Below are positions 10,366-20,689 of a stretch of DNA of 64,000 bases, piece after piece. Numbering within the stretch: the first letter of the stretch is position 1; each line of letters starts with the position of its first letter. Source of the DNA: Minisyncoccota bacterium (GTDB lineage: Bacteria > Patescibacteriota > Minisyncoccia > Phycocordibacterales > UBA9973); NCBI GenBank assembly GCA_028718635.1, contig JAQULK010000001.1:88626-152625 (forward strand), given 5' to 3'. Position numbers and translations under genes: made by a program. The notes under the pieces were generated by a model, which saw only the letters and a program-made list of their open reading frames with translations, was not told where the DNA came from and made no database searches.

Positions 10366-10944
10366 TTAATACTTCCTTATTACCGCTTTCACTACCGCAT
10401 TAATGTTTAGTGAATGTTTCGGATAAATCGGTTTGTAATTTTTATTGGCTGGTTTGAGCCAGACTTTGGCGCCAGCTTTGCGAAAATATTTCATAGTAAA
10501 CTCTCCATCCACTTCAGCAATTATTATTTGTCCATCACGAGCCGTATTTGCTTTCTCCACGAGCACCATATCCCCCGGCTCTATGTGCGCATCGATCATC
10601 GAGTCCCCATCCACTTCGAGCATGTACGTTAGTGGTTTATTTTTTATTAAAAAGTCATCCAAGTTTACTTTATCAGCCAACTCTTCCTCTACCGTCGCCG
10701 GAAATCCAGCAGTGACAAAGCCAAGCATCGGTACACTAGAGATATCCTCTGTGAAAGTTTCAGAAGGGATCAATCTGCCTAAATGATCTTTCGCGACTAC
10801 TCCTGTGTTAATCAACTTTTCCACTACGCGAAACACTGCGTTCTTCGATTTAAAACCGAATAACTTCATCATTTCTGAATACGAAGGCATCCTTTTATTA
10901 TCTTTATAAAAAGATTCAATCTTTTCCTGATACGAATTACGCAT
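10366..10944 (-). CDS. lexA: LexA repressor (S24 peptidase)
   Basis: 192 aa. N-terminal wHTH. C-terminal GDSM with catalytic Ser and downstream Lys (MKYFRK). Confidence 0.85.
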   Translation of the reverse strand: MRNSYQEKIESFYKDNKRMPSYSEMMKLFGFKSKNAVFRVVEKLINTGVVAKDHLGRLIPSETFTEDISSVPMLGFVTAGFPATVEEELADKVNLDDFLIKNKPLTYMLEVDGDSMIDAHIEPGDMVLVEKANTARDGQIIIAEVDGEFTMKYFRKAGAKVWLKPANKNYKPIYPKHSLNINAVVKAVIRKY

Positions 10945-11143
10945 AGATGTTGGTTCTAAAAAATAGAGTAACCAATTTGTTCGTCAAACTTACTCGGGAA
11001 TTATAGCGAACTTTTTTCAAAAGTAATTTATGATTTCTCGCTTCCTTTTTATAATCTTGCCCTTGGAGAATTTTCAAATCAATTTTTTTGTTGATCTTTT
11101 GTATTTCCCTCTCTAACATTTTTAAATATTGTGTTTGTGACAT
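10937..11143 (-). CDS. hypothetical small protein upstream of lexA
   Basis: 68 aa, Lys-rich, coiled-coil-like. Overlaps the lexA start by 8 nt. Confidence 0.3.
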   Translation of the reverse strand: MSQTQYLKMLEREIQKINKKIDLKILQGQDYKKEARNHKLLLKKVRYNSRVSLTNKLVTLFFRTNIYA

Positions 11144-11201
11144 AAAATTTATTTTTTATTTTCTACTAAATTTGCCCCGACTTGGCCATGTAAATAGTAT
11201 A

Positions 11202-11219
11202 AGTGAACGAGCGTTCACT
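11202..11219. promoter_or_regulatory. SOS (LexA/Cheo-type) box AGTGAACGAGCGTTCACT
   Basis: Near-perfect 18-bp palindrome with a GAAC-N4-GTTC core. Lies upstream of the lexA operon. Confidence 0.6.
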
Positions 11220-11343
11220 TGTCAACAAACCACCTGTGGATAACTCATAAAATAAAAATATCTAGAAAAAATTTAAAGCGTCGTGGGTTCCCTGCCCTTA
11301 TGACTCCGAGGGCGAAGGCGCAGAAATTTTTTGCTAGATATTT

Positions 11344-12906
11344 TTATGAATTCACTTTCGGCCTATATTGTATTGCTTCCAAAATATGATGCTCTTCAAC
11401 CTCGGGAGAATTTTCGAGATCGGCTATGGTGCGAGCGATTTTTATCACTCGATGATAGGCGCGAGCGGACAAGCTCAAGCGTTCGGCGCTGTCGTCGAGC
11501 AGATCCCGCACCCTGCCACCCAAAGTCACCATTATGCCTAAATCTTTCACATTCATTTCGCTATTCGTCGTTATTTTTTTCTTTATATCTTTCTGGAATT
11601 TTTCAAATCTATTTTTTTGAATTTCTCGCGCTCTGATTATTCTTTCTTTTATCTTTTCACTCTTCTCTCCACTCCCATCTCCTCCCAATTTTTTATAATC
11701 AACATTCCCGACTGAAACCCAAAGATCGATGCGGTCTACAATCGGCCCGGACAATTTTCTTTTATATCTGTCTAAATCAGACGGTTTGCAAATGCACGCT
11801 TTTTGTTTCGAAGTCGCATTTCCGCAAGGACAAGGATTCATCGCCGCGACTAAAATAAAATTTGAGGGGAAACAAGCATTTCCTTTGGCGCGGGAAATTG
11901 ACACGATGTTATCTTCGAGCGGTTGACGCAAAGATTCGATAACTCTTTTTTCAAATTCTGGAAATTCATCCAAAAACAAAACTCCCCTATGGGCGAGGGT
12001 CACCTCTCCAGGCTTGGGGTAAGTTCCCCCGCCAATGATAGAGACATAAGATGATGTGTGATGCGGAGAACGAAACGGAGGAAAACATACGAGCTCCCCA
12101 TTTGTATTCCCAGCTACCGAATGGATGCCGGTAATTTCCAAAACTTCATCGAGATCCAAGTCCGGCAAAATTTGAGAAAAAGCTCTGGCGAGCATCGTCT
12201 TGCCTGTGCCAGGCGGACCATACATAGCGATATTGTGTCCGCCAGCTGCTGCGATCTCCAAACCTCGCTTGGCGCCTTCTTGTCCTCGGATATCAGAAAA
12301 ATCAATCCGCGATATTTCTTTTTTATAATTTATTCTGGTCTGAGATTGAAGTGTAATTCTTTTTATTTTTTCTTCAATAGTTTTTTTTCTTTCATCTAGA
12401 TGTTCCACCACTTCTTGTAAACTATTCGCTCCAAAAATTTTTATACCTTCCACTAACGCTGCCTCCACTGCATTTTCTTTTGGTAAATATATTTCTTCAA
12501 AACCAAGCCTTTTGGCCTCTTGCGCGAGAGGCAATGCCCCGCGAATTTTTCGCAAAGCGCCGTCGAGTCCCAGCTCTCCTAGGAAAATCTTTTTCTCCGG
12601 ATTGAATTTAACATCGTGGGCGGCGAGCATATATGAAAGAGCAATTCCTAAATCAAAAAAAGGGCCTTCCTTTTTTAAATCGGCAGGCGAAAGTGAAACT
12701 ATTATTTTTTGATTTTTTGCTTTAGGAGATTTAAAACCAGAATTTTTTATGGCTCCGCTTACTCTGTCTTTCGACTCATCTACGGCTTTGTCTGGAAGTC
12801 CCACCAGGCTAAAAGAATGAAGCCCTTTTGAAAGGTCAACTTCGATAGTCACGATAGAACCCTTGAGCAAATTAACTTGTGCCGAGTAAACTTTTGCAAA
12901 AGACAT
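11344..12906 (-). CDS. YifB/ComM-family Mg-chelatase-like AAA+ ATPase
   Basis: 520 aa. N-terminal Lon-like domain. Walker A GPPGTGKTMLA. Layout matches the YifB family. Confidence 0.85.
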   Translation of the reverse strand: MSFAKVYSAQVNLLKGSIVTIEVDLSKGLHSFSLVGLPDKAVDESKDRVSGAIKNSGFKSPKAKNQKIIVSLSPADLKKEGPFFDLGIALSYMLAAHDVKFNPEKKIFLGELGLDGALRKIRGALPLAQEAKRLGFEEIYLPKENAVEAALVEGIKIFGANSLQEVVEHLDERKKTIEEKIKRITLQSQTRINYKKEISRIDFSDIRGQEGAKRGLEIAAAGGHNIAMYGPPGTGKTMLARAFSQILPDLDLDEVLEITGIHSVAGNTNGELVCFPPFRSPHHTSSYVSIIGGGTYPKPGEVTLAHRGVLFLDEFPEFEKRVIESLRQPLEDNIVSISRAKGNACFPSNFILVAAMNPCPCGNATSKQKACICKPSDLDRYKRKLSGPIVDRIDLWVSVGNVDYKKLGGDGSGEKSEKIKERIIRAREIQKNRFEKFQKDIKKKITTNSEMNVKDLGIMVTLGGRVRDLLDDSAERLSLSARAYHRVIKIARTIADLENSPEVEEHHILEAIQYRPKVNS

Positions 12907-12907
12907 A

Positions 12908-13270
12908 TTAGTTTTCTAAATGTTTTTTGCAAGTTTGAGCGGCGGGGTTCACTTCCAGCCTTGCCATTTCGATATATTTTCCGCAAATTTTGCACTTACC
13001 AAAAGACTCTCTATTTACTCCCTTTAATGATTTTAAAATACTATTTAATCTGGGTTCCAGAGTTCTAATCATGGAACTTCTAGCTTCATAATTCTCAAAC
13101 CGATCCGCTTTGTCATTCTCATCAGATTCCGGAAATTCCAATTCCTCCGGAGTCGCTTCCCACTCCCCCGTTTCTTTATTCAACTTGCCCAAATCTTTCA
13201 TTTGCTCAAGCAGAACGTCTCTCTCTTTTTCCAATTTCTCTTTAATTTTTTTCTTGTCTATCATAGGCAA
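12908..13270 (-). CDS. DksA/TraR-family C4 zinc-finger protein
   Basis: 120 aa. C-terminal CKICGKYIE...AQTC zinc finger. Acidic coiled-coil N-terminus. Confidence 0.65.
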   Translation of the reverse strand: MPMIDKKKIKEKLEKERDVLLEQMKDLGKLNKETGEWEATPEELEFPESDENDKADRFENYEARSSMIRTLEPRLNSILKSLKGVNRESFGKCKICGKYIEMARLEVNPAAQTCKKHLEN

Positions 13271-13311
13271 ATGATAACATTTTAATATTTCATAGCAAGT
13301 GTTATACTCAG

Positions 13312-14514
13312 ATGATGTTTTACAAACACTGCAAAAATTATACAGTCGAGAGCGTGACCTCCGGCCACCCGGATAAAATCTGTGATCAAATATCAGATGC
13401 TATTTTAGACGCTTATTTAAAGTTAGACCCGAAAAGCCGAGTGGCTATAGAAACCTTTGGCGGACATGGTCGCCTTGTTATTGGTGGAGAAGTAACATCC
13501 CTCGGGCATAGTCCTACGGGCGAGCCAAAAGGAAAAGTAAATTATGTGCAAATAGCGCGAGATGTTTATAAAAAGATTGGCTACACAGACAAGCTTGAAA
13601 TCTCTGCCAATATAGTCACTCAGTCTCCAGACATTGCTTTAGGAGTAGACACAGGCGGTGCTGGAGACCAAGGCATCATGTATGGATATGCCACTGATGA
13701 AACGCCTGAGTTTCTACCAAAAGGAATAGTGTTGGCGCACAAACTTGCAAAACAATTAGAAGAAATGAGAAAAAGTGGAAAAATAAAATGGCTCAGGCCC
13801 GATGGAAAAACGCAAGTCACTTATACCAATGGGAAATTAAATACTGTACTAGTTAGCACCCAACATTCTCCAAATATTAAACTGGAAGAAATAAAAAAGG
13901 AAATTACAAAAAAAGTGATATTACCCTTACTCTCCAAAGAAGAAAGAAAAAGGGCCTGTCCCGTTAGAGGCCACGAGGGCTCGCAGTGTGTCTCTGCCTC
14001 TAATGGGATAAAAATTTTAGTAAATCCAACGGGTAAATTTACTGCTGGCGGTTTCGAAGCGGACACCGGTCTAACTGGAAGAAAAATAATGATAGATACT
14101 TATGGCGGGCTCGTTCCGCACGGAGGCGGATGTTTCTCTGGGAAAGATGCCACCAAAGTAGACCGCTCTGGCGCTTATATGGCGCGTTTTGTCGCCAAAA
14201 ATCTCGTAGCAAACGGATACGGCAAAGAAGCCTTAGTGTCTGTCGCCTACGCTATCGGAATGGCAGAACCCTTGATGATAGAAGCCATAAATGAAAAAGG
14301 TGAAGATTTGTCAAAAGTAGTCCGAGAGCATTTTGATTTCAAACCGCTTGCCATAATAAAAAAACTTGGTCTTCAAAATCCTATTTATGAGCAAACCGCT
14401 ACCTATGGCCATTTCGGTAAAAAAAATCTCCCGTGGGAAAAGATTTGTCCCGTTAGAGGCCGCGAGGGCTCGCAGCGACCCTCTGCCTCTAACGGGATTG
14501 AAAAAACAAAATAA
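13312..14514 (+). CDS. metK: S-adenosylmethionine synthetase carrying two in-frame family A repeat insertions
   Basis: ESVTSGHPDKICDQISDAILDA, GGGCFSGKD and ATYGHFG motifs. Repeat copies 13959..14008 and 14447..14497 encode CPVRGHEGSQCVSASNG and CPVRGREGSQRPSASNGIEKTK. Confidence 0.85.
   Translation: MMFYKHCKNYTVESVTSGHPDKICDQISDAILDAYLKLDPKSRVAIETFGGHGRLVIGGEVTSLGHSPTGEPKGKVNYVQIARDVYKKIGYTDKLEISANIVTQSPDIALGVDTGGAGDQGIMYGYATDETPEFLPKGIVLAHKLAKQLEEMRKSGKIKWLRPDGKTQVTYTNGKLNTVLVSTQHSPNIKLEEIKKEITKKVILPLLSKEERKRACPVRGHEGSQCVSASNGIKILVNPTGKFTAGGFEADTGLTGRKIMIDTYGGLVPHGGGCFSGKDATKVDRSGAYMARFVAKNLVANGYGKEALVSVAYAIGMAEPLMIEAINEKGEDLSKVVREHFDFKPLAIIKKLGLQNPIYEQTATYGHFGKKNLPWEKICPVRGREGSQRPSASNGIEKTK
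13959..14008. repeat. family A palindromic element (CCCGTTAGAGGC...GCCTCTAATGGG) inside metK
   Basis: Inverted-repeat termini. Internal CACGAGGGCTCGCAG. In-frame within the coding region. Confidence 0.8.
14447..14497. repeat. family A palindromic element at the metK 3' end
   Basis: Near-identical to 62844..62895. Extends the metK C-terminus by about 22 codons. Confidence 0.8.
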
Positions 14515-14533
14515 TTTTACTTTATTAAAAATA

Positions 14534-15427
14534 CTACTGCTTTTTTTGACTAGATGTGAGGCGCAGTATGATTTCGTGCGCGGCACTTTGCGAGTCGGTA
14601 ATGACAACAGAATTGTCATCTGCAAAAACATACATCAAAGCCGGTTGGCCGTCTTTGCCGAAAAGAATTCGCGCATTTTTATTGTCAACAATGCCATCTT
14701 GAAAATCTTTCGTTAAAAGATCGTTTGTATCAGCTGAAAGATTTACTCCAAAAAATCCGTGCAGATCGGAAAACATTTTTCCTTCCCAGGCGCGCATGGC
14801 ATCAAAAATATCAGCAATGGAACGCATTTTAATCAAGATAAAGAAATCCTTATTCGTCGGAGCAGGAGCGGAACCGCTCTCGCTCGTCTCGCTCCCAGGT
14901 TCATTCACAACTCCCATTAAAAAATTATCATCAACTAAAAGTGTATTAGTGCTTGGGGTAAAATTACTCTCAGTCAAGGAAATGAATCTCCTGAGTCCGA
15001 TAATTTGTTTATTTTCTGTCAGATAAATCCCTTCGATGCCTCCAATTTTTACCTTTGTAGTATTAATTTCATTTTGGACAGCCTGTATTATTTCTTCTTT
15101 TTTCAATCCAAAAATTTCTAAAGGAACACTTTGATCGCTAAAAACGATCGGGGTAAACTGCTTTTCGACCACCACCGTGTTGTCTTCTTTCCTAAAGAGA
15201 AAAAAAAATAAAATTATTAAGGCAAAGACTATAAGAAAAAAACTGGCAAGCATAAAAAGCTTATTTTCCTTTGATTCTGGAGAAAAATTTTCTTTCTCCT
15301 TTTCGTGCTCTTCCTCTCCATGAATCATTTTTTTTACCAAGCCTTCTCTGTCATTCTTAAGCACCTCCGCCATGTCTTCGGCATAAGTCTCTACGATTTT
15401 ATTTTCTATTTTTTTATTTTTTTCCAT
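14534..15427 (-). CDS. hypothetical membrane protein
   Basis: 297 aa. Single TM segment (FFLIVFALIILFFFLF) after a charged N-terminus. Confidence 0.45.
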   Translation of the reverse strand: MEKNKKIENKIVETYAEDMAEVLKNDREGLVKKMIHGEEEHEKEKENFSPESKENKLFMLASFFLIVFALIILFFFLFRKEDNTVVVEKQFTPIVFSDQSVPLEIFGLKKEEIIQAVQNEINTTKVKIGGIEGIYLTENKQIIGLRRFISLTESNFTPSTNTLLVDDNFLMGVVNEPGSETSESGSAPAPTNKDFFILIKMRSIADIFDAMRAWEGKMFSDLHGFFGVNLSADTNDLLTKDFQDGIVDNKNARILFGKDGQPALMYVFADDNSVVITDSQSAAHEIILRLTSSQKKQ

Positions 15428-15429
15428 TC

Positions 15430-17556
15430 TTAAGATTTTTTGAAAAAATCTTTATCCGCTTCTTTAATAGACAAACTGATCTTGCCTCTCTCGTTGTCAA
15501 TTTTTATTATTTTTACCGGCACAATCATACCTTCCTTTATTATATCTGATACTCGCTCTACGCGAAATGGAGCCATTTCAGAAATGTGCACCATTCCGTC
15601 AGTAAAAGGATTCAAGGCTACAAAAGCTCCGAAATCAGCAATCTTTACAACTTCGCCTTTCAATATTTCACCAACTTTAAATTCATGCGTCATTTCTTCG
15701 ACAATCTCTTTAGCCTTTTCTGCCGAACCATTTTTCCCAGTCAAATACACTGTTCCATCATCTTCAATAGTTATTTCCGCGCCGGATTTTTCTTTAATTT
15801 CTTTGATCGTTTTTCCTCCCCCGCCAATAACCATTCCTATTTTTTCAGGATTAATTTTGATAATCAAAATTTTTGGCGCATTTGGAGAAATATTTGCGCG
15901 CGGTTTTGGAATTTCTTTTTCAATTCTATCAATGATAGCCACTCGCGCTTTTTTAGACTGCCTCATTGCTTCGCCCAATATTTTTATCGGCACTCCTTCC
16001 ACTTTTACATCGAGCTGAATAGCTGTCACTCCTTCTCTCGATCCCGCAATTTTAAAATCCATATCTCCATGATGATCTTCGGGACCTTGGATGTCAGTCA
16101 AAATTTTATATTTTGCATCTGATTCATACATCAATCCCATCGCAATACCGGCGACAGGAGCCAAGATCGGCACTCCGCCATCCATCAATGCGAGAATCGA
16201 AGCGCAGATCGAAGCTTGAGAAGTAGAACCATTTGAAGCCATTGATTCAGAAACAATTCTCATTGTGTAGGGAAATTCTGAAACTGGGGGCAATACCATC
16301 GCGAGCGCTTTTTCAGCGAGCGCTCCGTGGCCGATTTCTCGGCGATTAGTAAAACCTGTTCTCCCTACTTCTCCCGAAGAATACGGAGGAAAGTTATAAT
16401 GATGCATAAATCTTTTCTCCACTTTCAATTGCAGGCCGTCAACTAAATTTCTATCTTCCGGTCCGCCTAAAGTCAAAACAGAAAGCACGTGGGTTCCTCC
16501 GCGATAAAAAATTCCCGAACCGTGAATGATGCTGGAGAGACCTCCCGCTTGCGCATACAAGTCCCGAAGTTCGTCCATCGCCCGGCCGTCTGCTCGTTTG
16601 TTTTCTTCTATGGCTTTTTTGTGCAAAATTTCATTTTCGGTATCGTCGAACAGATTATCTTCCAGGGAAAAATCAGTTCTATCTCCAAATTTTTCTCGTA
16701 TAAGATTATTCCAAACAGTATGCAGGGCATCTATTTTTTCTTTTCCAGCTCCGGCAAAAAGAGCGCTTTCCATCTTGGGCAAAATATTTTCATTAAATAA
16801 TGCTACAGACTCGGGAGAAATTTTTTCTTTTTCTATTATTCTTTTTTCCTTGCCGATTTCTTTAACAATATTTTTTTGGAAATCTTCCAGTTTTGCTATT
16901 TCTGCACTCGCCACCTTGAGCGCTTCTTCCAATTCTTCTTCTTTACTCTGTCGAGCAGAGGCTTCAATCATATTTATATTTCCATCTTTACCGCAAACGG
17001 TCAGGTCAAATTTGTATTGAGTGTCCTCGTCAATACGCCAACTCTGGGGTGGATTAATTTTCAACTGGTTATTTTCTTTATCGCTATCGTACTTGCCAAT
17101 ACGCACACAACCGATAGGACCATTCCAAGGAATATTGGAAACAGCCAGAGCAAGCGAAGCTGCGTTTACCGCCAAAATTGTCGGATCATTATCATCTACT
17201 GAAAGCACAGTCACAATGATTTGCACTGCATGACGCATTGATTGATCAAAGAGAGGCCGCAGGGTGCGATCTATCACTCGGCAGGCCAATATCGCTTCTT
17301 CAGAAGGCTTCCCTTCTCGGCGAACAAAACGAGAACCTAAAATTTTGCCGGCTGAATAAAATTTCTCTACATAGTCCACAGTCAAATTAAAAAATCCCAA
17401 GCCTTGCTGTTTATCATGAGACATACAAGCAGTGGCTAGGACGATAGTCTCTCCGTATTTTAATATTACCGAACCATGCGCTTGTTCTGCTAAATCACTA
17501 AAAATAGCAGTTAATGTCCTTCCTCCTATCTCTACGCTATATTCTTTTTTTTGCAT
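15430..17556 (-). CDS. pnp: polynucleotide phosphorylase
   Basis: Two RNase PH-like domains, KH (GKTIKEIKEKSGA) and S1 (GEILKGEVVKIADFGAFV). Start at MQKKEYS. Confidence 0.9.
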   Translation of the reverse strand: MQKKEYSVEIGGRTLTAIFSDLAEQAHGSVILKYGETIVLATACMSHDKQQGLGFFNLTVDYVEKFYSAGKILGSRFVRREGKPSEEAILACRVIDRTLRPLFDQSMRHAVQIIVTVLSVDDNDPTILAVNAASLALAVSNIPWNGPIGCVRIGKYDSDKENNQLKINPPQSWRIDEDTQYKFDLTVCGKDGNINMIEASARQSKEEELEEALKVASAEIAKLEDFQKNIVKEIGKEKRIIEKEKISPESVALFNENILPKMESALFAGAGKEKIDALHTVWNNLIREKFGDRTDFSLEDNLFDDTENEILHKKAIEENKRADGRAMDELRDLYAQAGGLSSIIHGSGIFYRGGTHVLSVLTLGGPEDRNLVDGLQLKVEKRFMHHYNFPPYSSGEVGRTGFTNRREIGHGALAEKALAMVLPPVSEFPYTMRIVSESMASNGSTSQASICASILALMDGGVPILAPVAGIAMGLMYESDAKYKILTDIQGPEDHHGDMDFKIAGSREGVTAIQLDVKVEGVPIKILGEAMRQSKKARVAIIDRIEKEIPKPRANISPNAPKILIIKINPEKIGMVIGGGGKTIKEIKEKSGAEITIEDDGTVYLTGKNGSAEKAKEIVEEMTHEFKVGEILKGEVVKIADFGAFVALNPFTDGMVHISEMAPFRVERVSDIIKEGMIVPVKIIKIDNERGKISLSIKEADKDFFKKS

Positions 17557-17736
17557 CTTAAATTTTAAGTTCGTATCCAGACTACAGTGTTGTTTCACAA
17601 CTTAAATTGATAAGTGGAAACACTACTTTGTGTCTAAACGCGAACCCGATTAACTAATAAATATTTGTTTATCCTAACACTTTTAAGTAAAAAAGCAAAA
17701 ACCTGTCCCGTAGTGAGCTTTGCTCTACTACTGGGA

Positions 17737-18246
17737 TTATTTAGCGTTCATCAGATATTTTCTAGGGTTTTCAGACAAGTCCACAAAATCATCCACGACT
17801 TCGCGAAGTTTGCTGGAAGTTGATTTACCAAAAGAAACTACCTCCACTTGCACGCCGATAGTTTGCAAATATTCTACAAGCGGAATAAAATCTCCATCGC
17901 CAGAGACTATCACAACAGAATCAAGACGCGGAGACATTTTAATTGCATCGACAGCGAGCCCCACATCCCAATCCGCTTTCTTTGCGCCGCCGGCAAATAT
18001 TTGCAAATCTTTGGTCTTGGTTTCAATACCGAGTTTGGATAATGCTTCAAAAAAATTCTTTTCGTCTCCAGCTTCTGTGGTGATGACATAAGCCACTGCC
18101 CGCACAAGCTTTCGCCCCGCCACTGCGTCTTTTAAAACCGCGCCAAAATTAACTCGCGCTTGATATAAGTTTCGAGCGCTGTGATATAAATTTTGGGTAT
18201 CAATAAAAACTCCTACTCTCTGTTCTTTGTGTTTTATAACTGTCAT
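17737..18246 (-). CDS. NYN/LabA-like (PIN-fold) domain protein
   Basis: 169 aa. VGVFIDTQNLYHSAR and IVSGDGDFIPLV. Flanked by inverted CCTGTCCCGTAGT / ACTACGGGACAGG hairpin-forming sequences. Confidence 0.7.
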   Translation of the reverse strand: MTVIKHKEQRVGVFIDTQNLYHSARNLYQARVNFGAVLKDAVAGRKLVRAVAYVITTEAGDEKNFFEALSKLGIETKTKDLQIFAGGAKKADWDVGLAVDAIKMSPRLDSVVIVSGDGDFIPLVEYLQTIGVQVEVVSFGKSTSSKLREVVDDFVDLSENPRKYLMNAK

Positions 18247-18394
18247 CCCAGTACTAAAATTTTAAAATTAATAATATTATAAAAAGGACTTATCTCGTAC
18301 GACGTTATATTTTTCTAAACTTTTATATAATAAAAATTTAGTACGGGACAGGTGTATATAGTATAGCAAATTTTTGAAACTTGTCGCAGGCGTT

Positions 18395-18507
18395 AGAAGT
18401 TTGGAAAATAGTTTTCGCAGGGGTTTCGAGCGCGACGGCGCGAGAACTTCAGGAATTTTTAAGCTTCAAAAATTCCGTACCGGAGAAAACTTATTTTCCA
18501 AACTTCT
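18395..18507. repeat. family D element, copy 2
   Basis: 22-bp inverted repeats AGAAGTTTGGAAAATAGTTTTC / GAAAACTTATTTTCCAAACTTCT. Core identical to copy 1. Abuts the rpsO stop codon. Confidence 0.65.
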
Positions 18508-18769
18508 ACGCTAGATCCATTTTCTTCATCAAAGCTGTGTAGCGAGGTTTGCTTTTGCGTTCCAAATATTTTAAATGAGTGCGCCTGTCGGCTACCATCT
18601 TGATCAACCCTCGACGAGAATGATTGTCCTTTTTGTGTTTCTTTAAATGTTTTGCCAGTTCGGAAATCTGAGTAGATAAAATAGCCACTTGCACTTCTGA
18701 AGAGCCTGTATCCTTGTCATGAATTTGATTTTTCTTTATAACTGTTTGCTTTTTCTTTGTATTTAACAT
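18506..18769 (-). CDS. rpsO: 30S ribosomal protein S15
   Basis: 87 aa with the S15 pattern ([20 protein letters not shown]). Confidence 0.9.
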   Translation of the reverse strand: MLNTKKKQTVIKKNQIHDKDTGSSEVQVAILSTQISELAKHLKKHKKDNHSRRGLIKMVADRRTHLKYLERKSKPRYTALMKKMDLA

Positions 18770-18808
18770 ATTTCACAATATTAACACAAAACTGTTATAA
18801 TTGCAACA

Positions 18809-20557
18809 CTAATACACCTCCCCCTGATAACACCTCTCACAATACACAATCTCCTTCCTCTCCGGCGCATAAGAAGTCTCAAACTCTGTGGGGCATTTAC
18901 CTATATGGGTATGGGTAGTCTTCTCACACATGCAAGCTCTATGCCAGAGCTTTAAGGGATTTCTTTGTTTCAGTCTCTGGTAATGTCTGCAGTTAGGACA
19001 GAGATGAGGTAAGGGTAGATTCATTCTTTGGTAGAATTGGAGTTCTGGAGCAATGATTTTGAAGGCTTCGGTGCATTGTTCGTTGCATTTGCCTTGATGT
19101 TCGCATTCAATGACTTTTCCTAGAATAGATTCATCTACCTCTTTGATATTATCAGGAATGTCTTTTGTTTTAATGTCTATTGTATAGTTTCTTTCTTCTG
19201 CATCTTTCCACTTGTAACCTTGTTTAATAGCTTCTTCTTTAGTTAAAGGAAAGTATTCTTGAGCAATGGTTTCGTTGTAACAGAAAGGACTTAATTCTAC
19301 CGGAAAGAACTCTCCGTATTGGTAAATTCTGCCTTTACTATCTATGTAGGGCATATCATTCATGTGCTTGATGATTTTGGGGACCAAGGCTTCGTATTGT
19401 TCTTTGGTGTATTGGTGGTTTAGGATGCAGTAGGATTTGTTGTGTAAGCCAATGCAGCCAAAAAGATTATTGCAATTATCACAATCAATAGAATATGAAA
19501 CGTTAATTAAATTTAATCCATGTAAAGCACTTAAAATATTAGAACTAAAATCAACATTTAGAGATTCATAAGCTAATTCTCCTCCACTAACACCATATAC
19601 ATCACTAGTATCTTTCTGCCCTTTCACAGACCTAATGCTGTATCTAACATTATCAACTTCTGAAGTAAAATGTGACTTTTTAACATTTTTTGAGTTGTTA
19701 ATAAAATTACCGGTAGCATTAACATAATTTTTACCAATCATAAATTTATGAATAGCTGCGCTTTTTACTTTTTTATATTTATCAAATAATTCATTTAATC
19801 CGTCAGGTGATTTAAGGGAATTTAATAATGATTCTTTTGTTTTATTAAATTCTTCTTTTGAAACTACCTTATTTACAATACAAAATTGTTGATTGCGAAG
19901 ATTTGAAGAAAAAAGGCAATTCTGGCAATTTTTACAATCATACACAAACCAACAATCTATACAGTTTGCACAATCTTGAGCGAAAAAGGTTTGATAACAA
20001 TTATCAGAATTTATTAACTGAGAAGATAGTTCACATTTATTTATCCATGAATTATCAATGCAGTTTTTACTTTCCAATACAGTATCTCCGTACTGGCAAT
20101 TTTCTGAGTACCAACTGCCAAAAACCAAGTAGCAGTCTTTCATATCTACGCATATATTACAATAATTACTTCTTACTGGATTAATATTATATAAAGCATA
20201 TTTGGGAACTTTTTTATCAAGAGCATGGAATTGTTCAAAAAAAGATTTATTAAAATCATAATCTACTCCATAGTCTCTCGAATCCCAGTTAGCTTCATTT
20301 ATCCAATATTCTTTATCATAAATAATATAAGGGGATTCCGAAGAATACATACTTATTATTTTTTCTTTTGACTTTGAAGCACTGTTCTCTTTTTTATATA
20401 ATGCTCTTTCATTTCTAAACAACATTCTTCTTATCGTTCTGCACTCTGGGCAAAAAGTCGGCGGAGGGACATTAATTTTTTCATAAAACTTGAAATCATC
20501 CGGCTCTATCGTGAAATCCTTTTTGCAGTTTTGGCAATTTTTTGTTTCTGGCTCCAT
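18809..20557 (-). CDS. large Cys-rich protein with zinc-ribbon-like modules at both termini (paralogue 1)
   Basis: 582 aa. N-terminal CxxCxKxF..FYEK.N.P.P..CP.CR..RR module recurs at the C-terminus. Central CxxC-rich repeats. Paralogue at 22743..24422. Confidence 0.6.
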   Translation of the reverse strand: MEPETKNCQNCKKDFTIEPDDFKFYEKINVPPPTFCPECRTIRRMLFRNERALYKKENSASKSKEKIISMYSSESPYIIYDKEYWINEANWDSRDYGVDYDFNKSFFEQFHALDKKVPKYALYNINPVRSNYCNICVDMKDCYLVFGSWYSENCQYGDTVLESKNCIDNSWINKCELSSQLINSDNCYQTFFAQDCANCIDCWFVYDCKNCQNCLFSSNLRNQQFCIVNKVVSKEEFNKTKESLLNSLKSPDGLNELFDKYKKVKSAAIHKFMIGKNYVNATGNFINNSKNVKKSHFTSEVDNVRYSIRSVKGQKDTSDVYGVSGGELAYESLNVDFSSNILSALHGLNLINVSYSIDCDNCNNLFGCIGLHNKSYCILNHQYTKEQYEALVPKIIKHMNDMPYIDSKGRIYQYGEFFPVELSPFCYNETIAQEYFPLTKEEAIKQGYKWKDAEERNYTIDIKTKDIPDNIKEVDESILGKVIECEHQGKCNEQCTEAFKIIAPELQFYQRMNLPLPHLCPNCRHYQRLKQRNPLKLWHRACMCEKTTHTHIGKCPTEFETSYAPERKEIVYCERCYQGEVY

Positions 20558-20689
20558 AAAAAGATAGTATCACAAATTGCGCATTAAAAAAACTTTTATA
20601 ATTACTTCTGGCTTAGGTTTAAGCAAAGGCTATCCCTGCTAAGTTTTTTTAAAAAAATTAATTTTTAAAAATTATGCTAAAATAAAAAT

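Noticed and set aside
15440-17233. Several 100-190-aa plus-strand ORFs inside pnp
   Set aside because: They lie entirely within the strongly supported minus-strand pnp gene. Translations are Phe/Ile/Ser-rich antisense artefacts.
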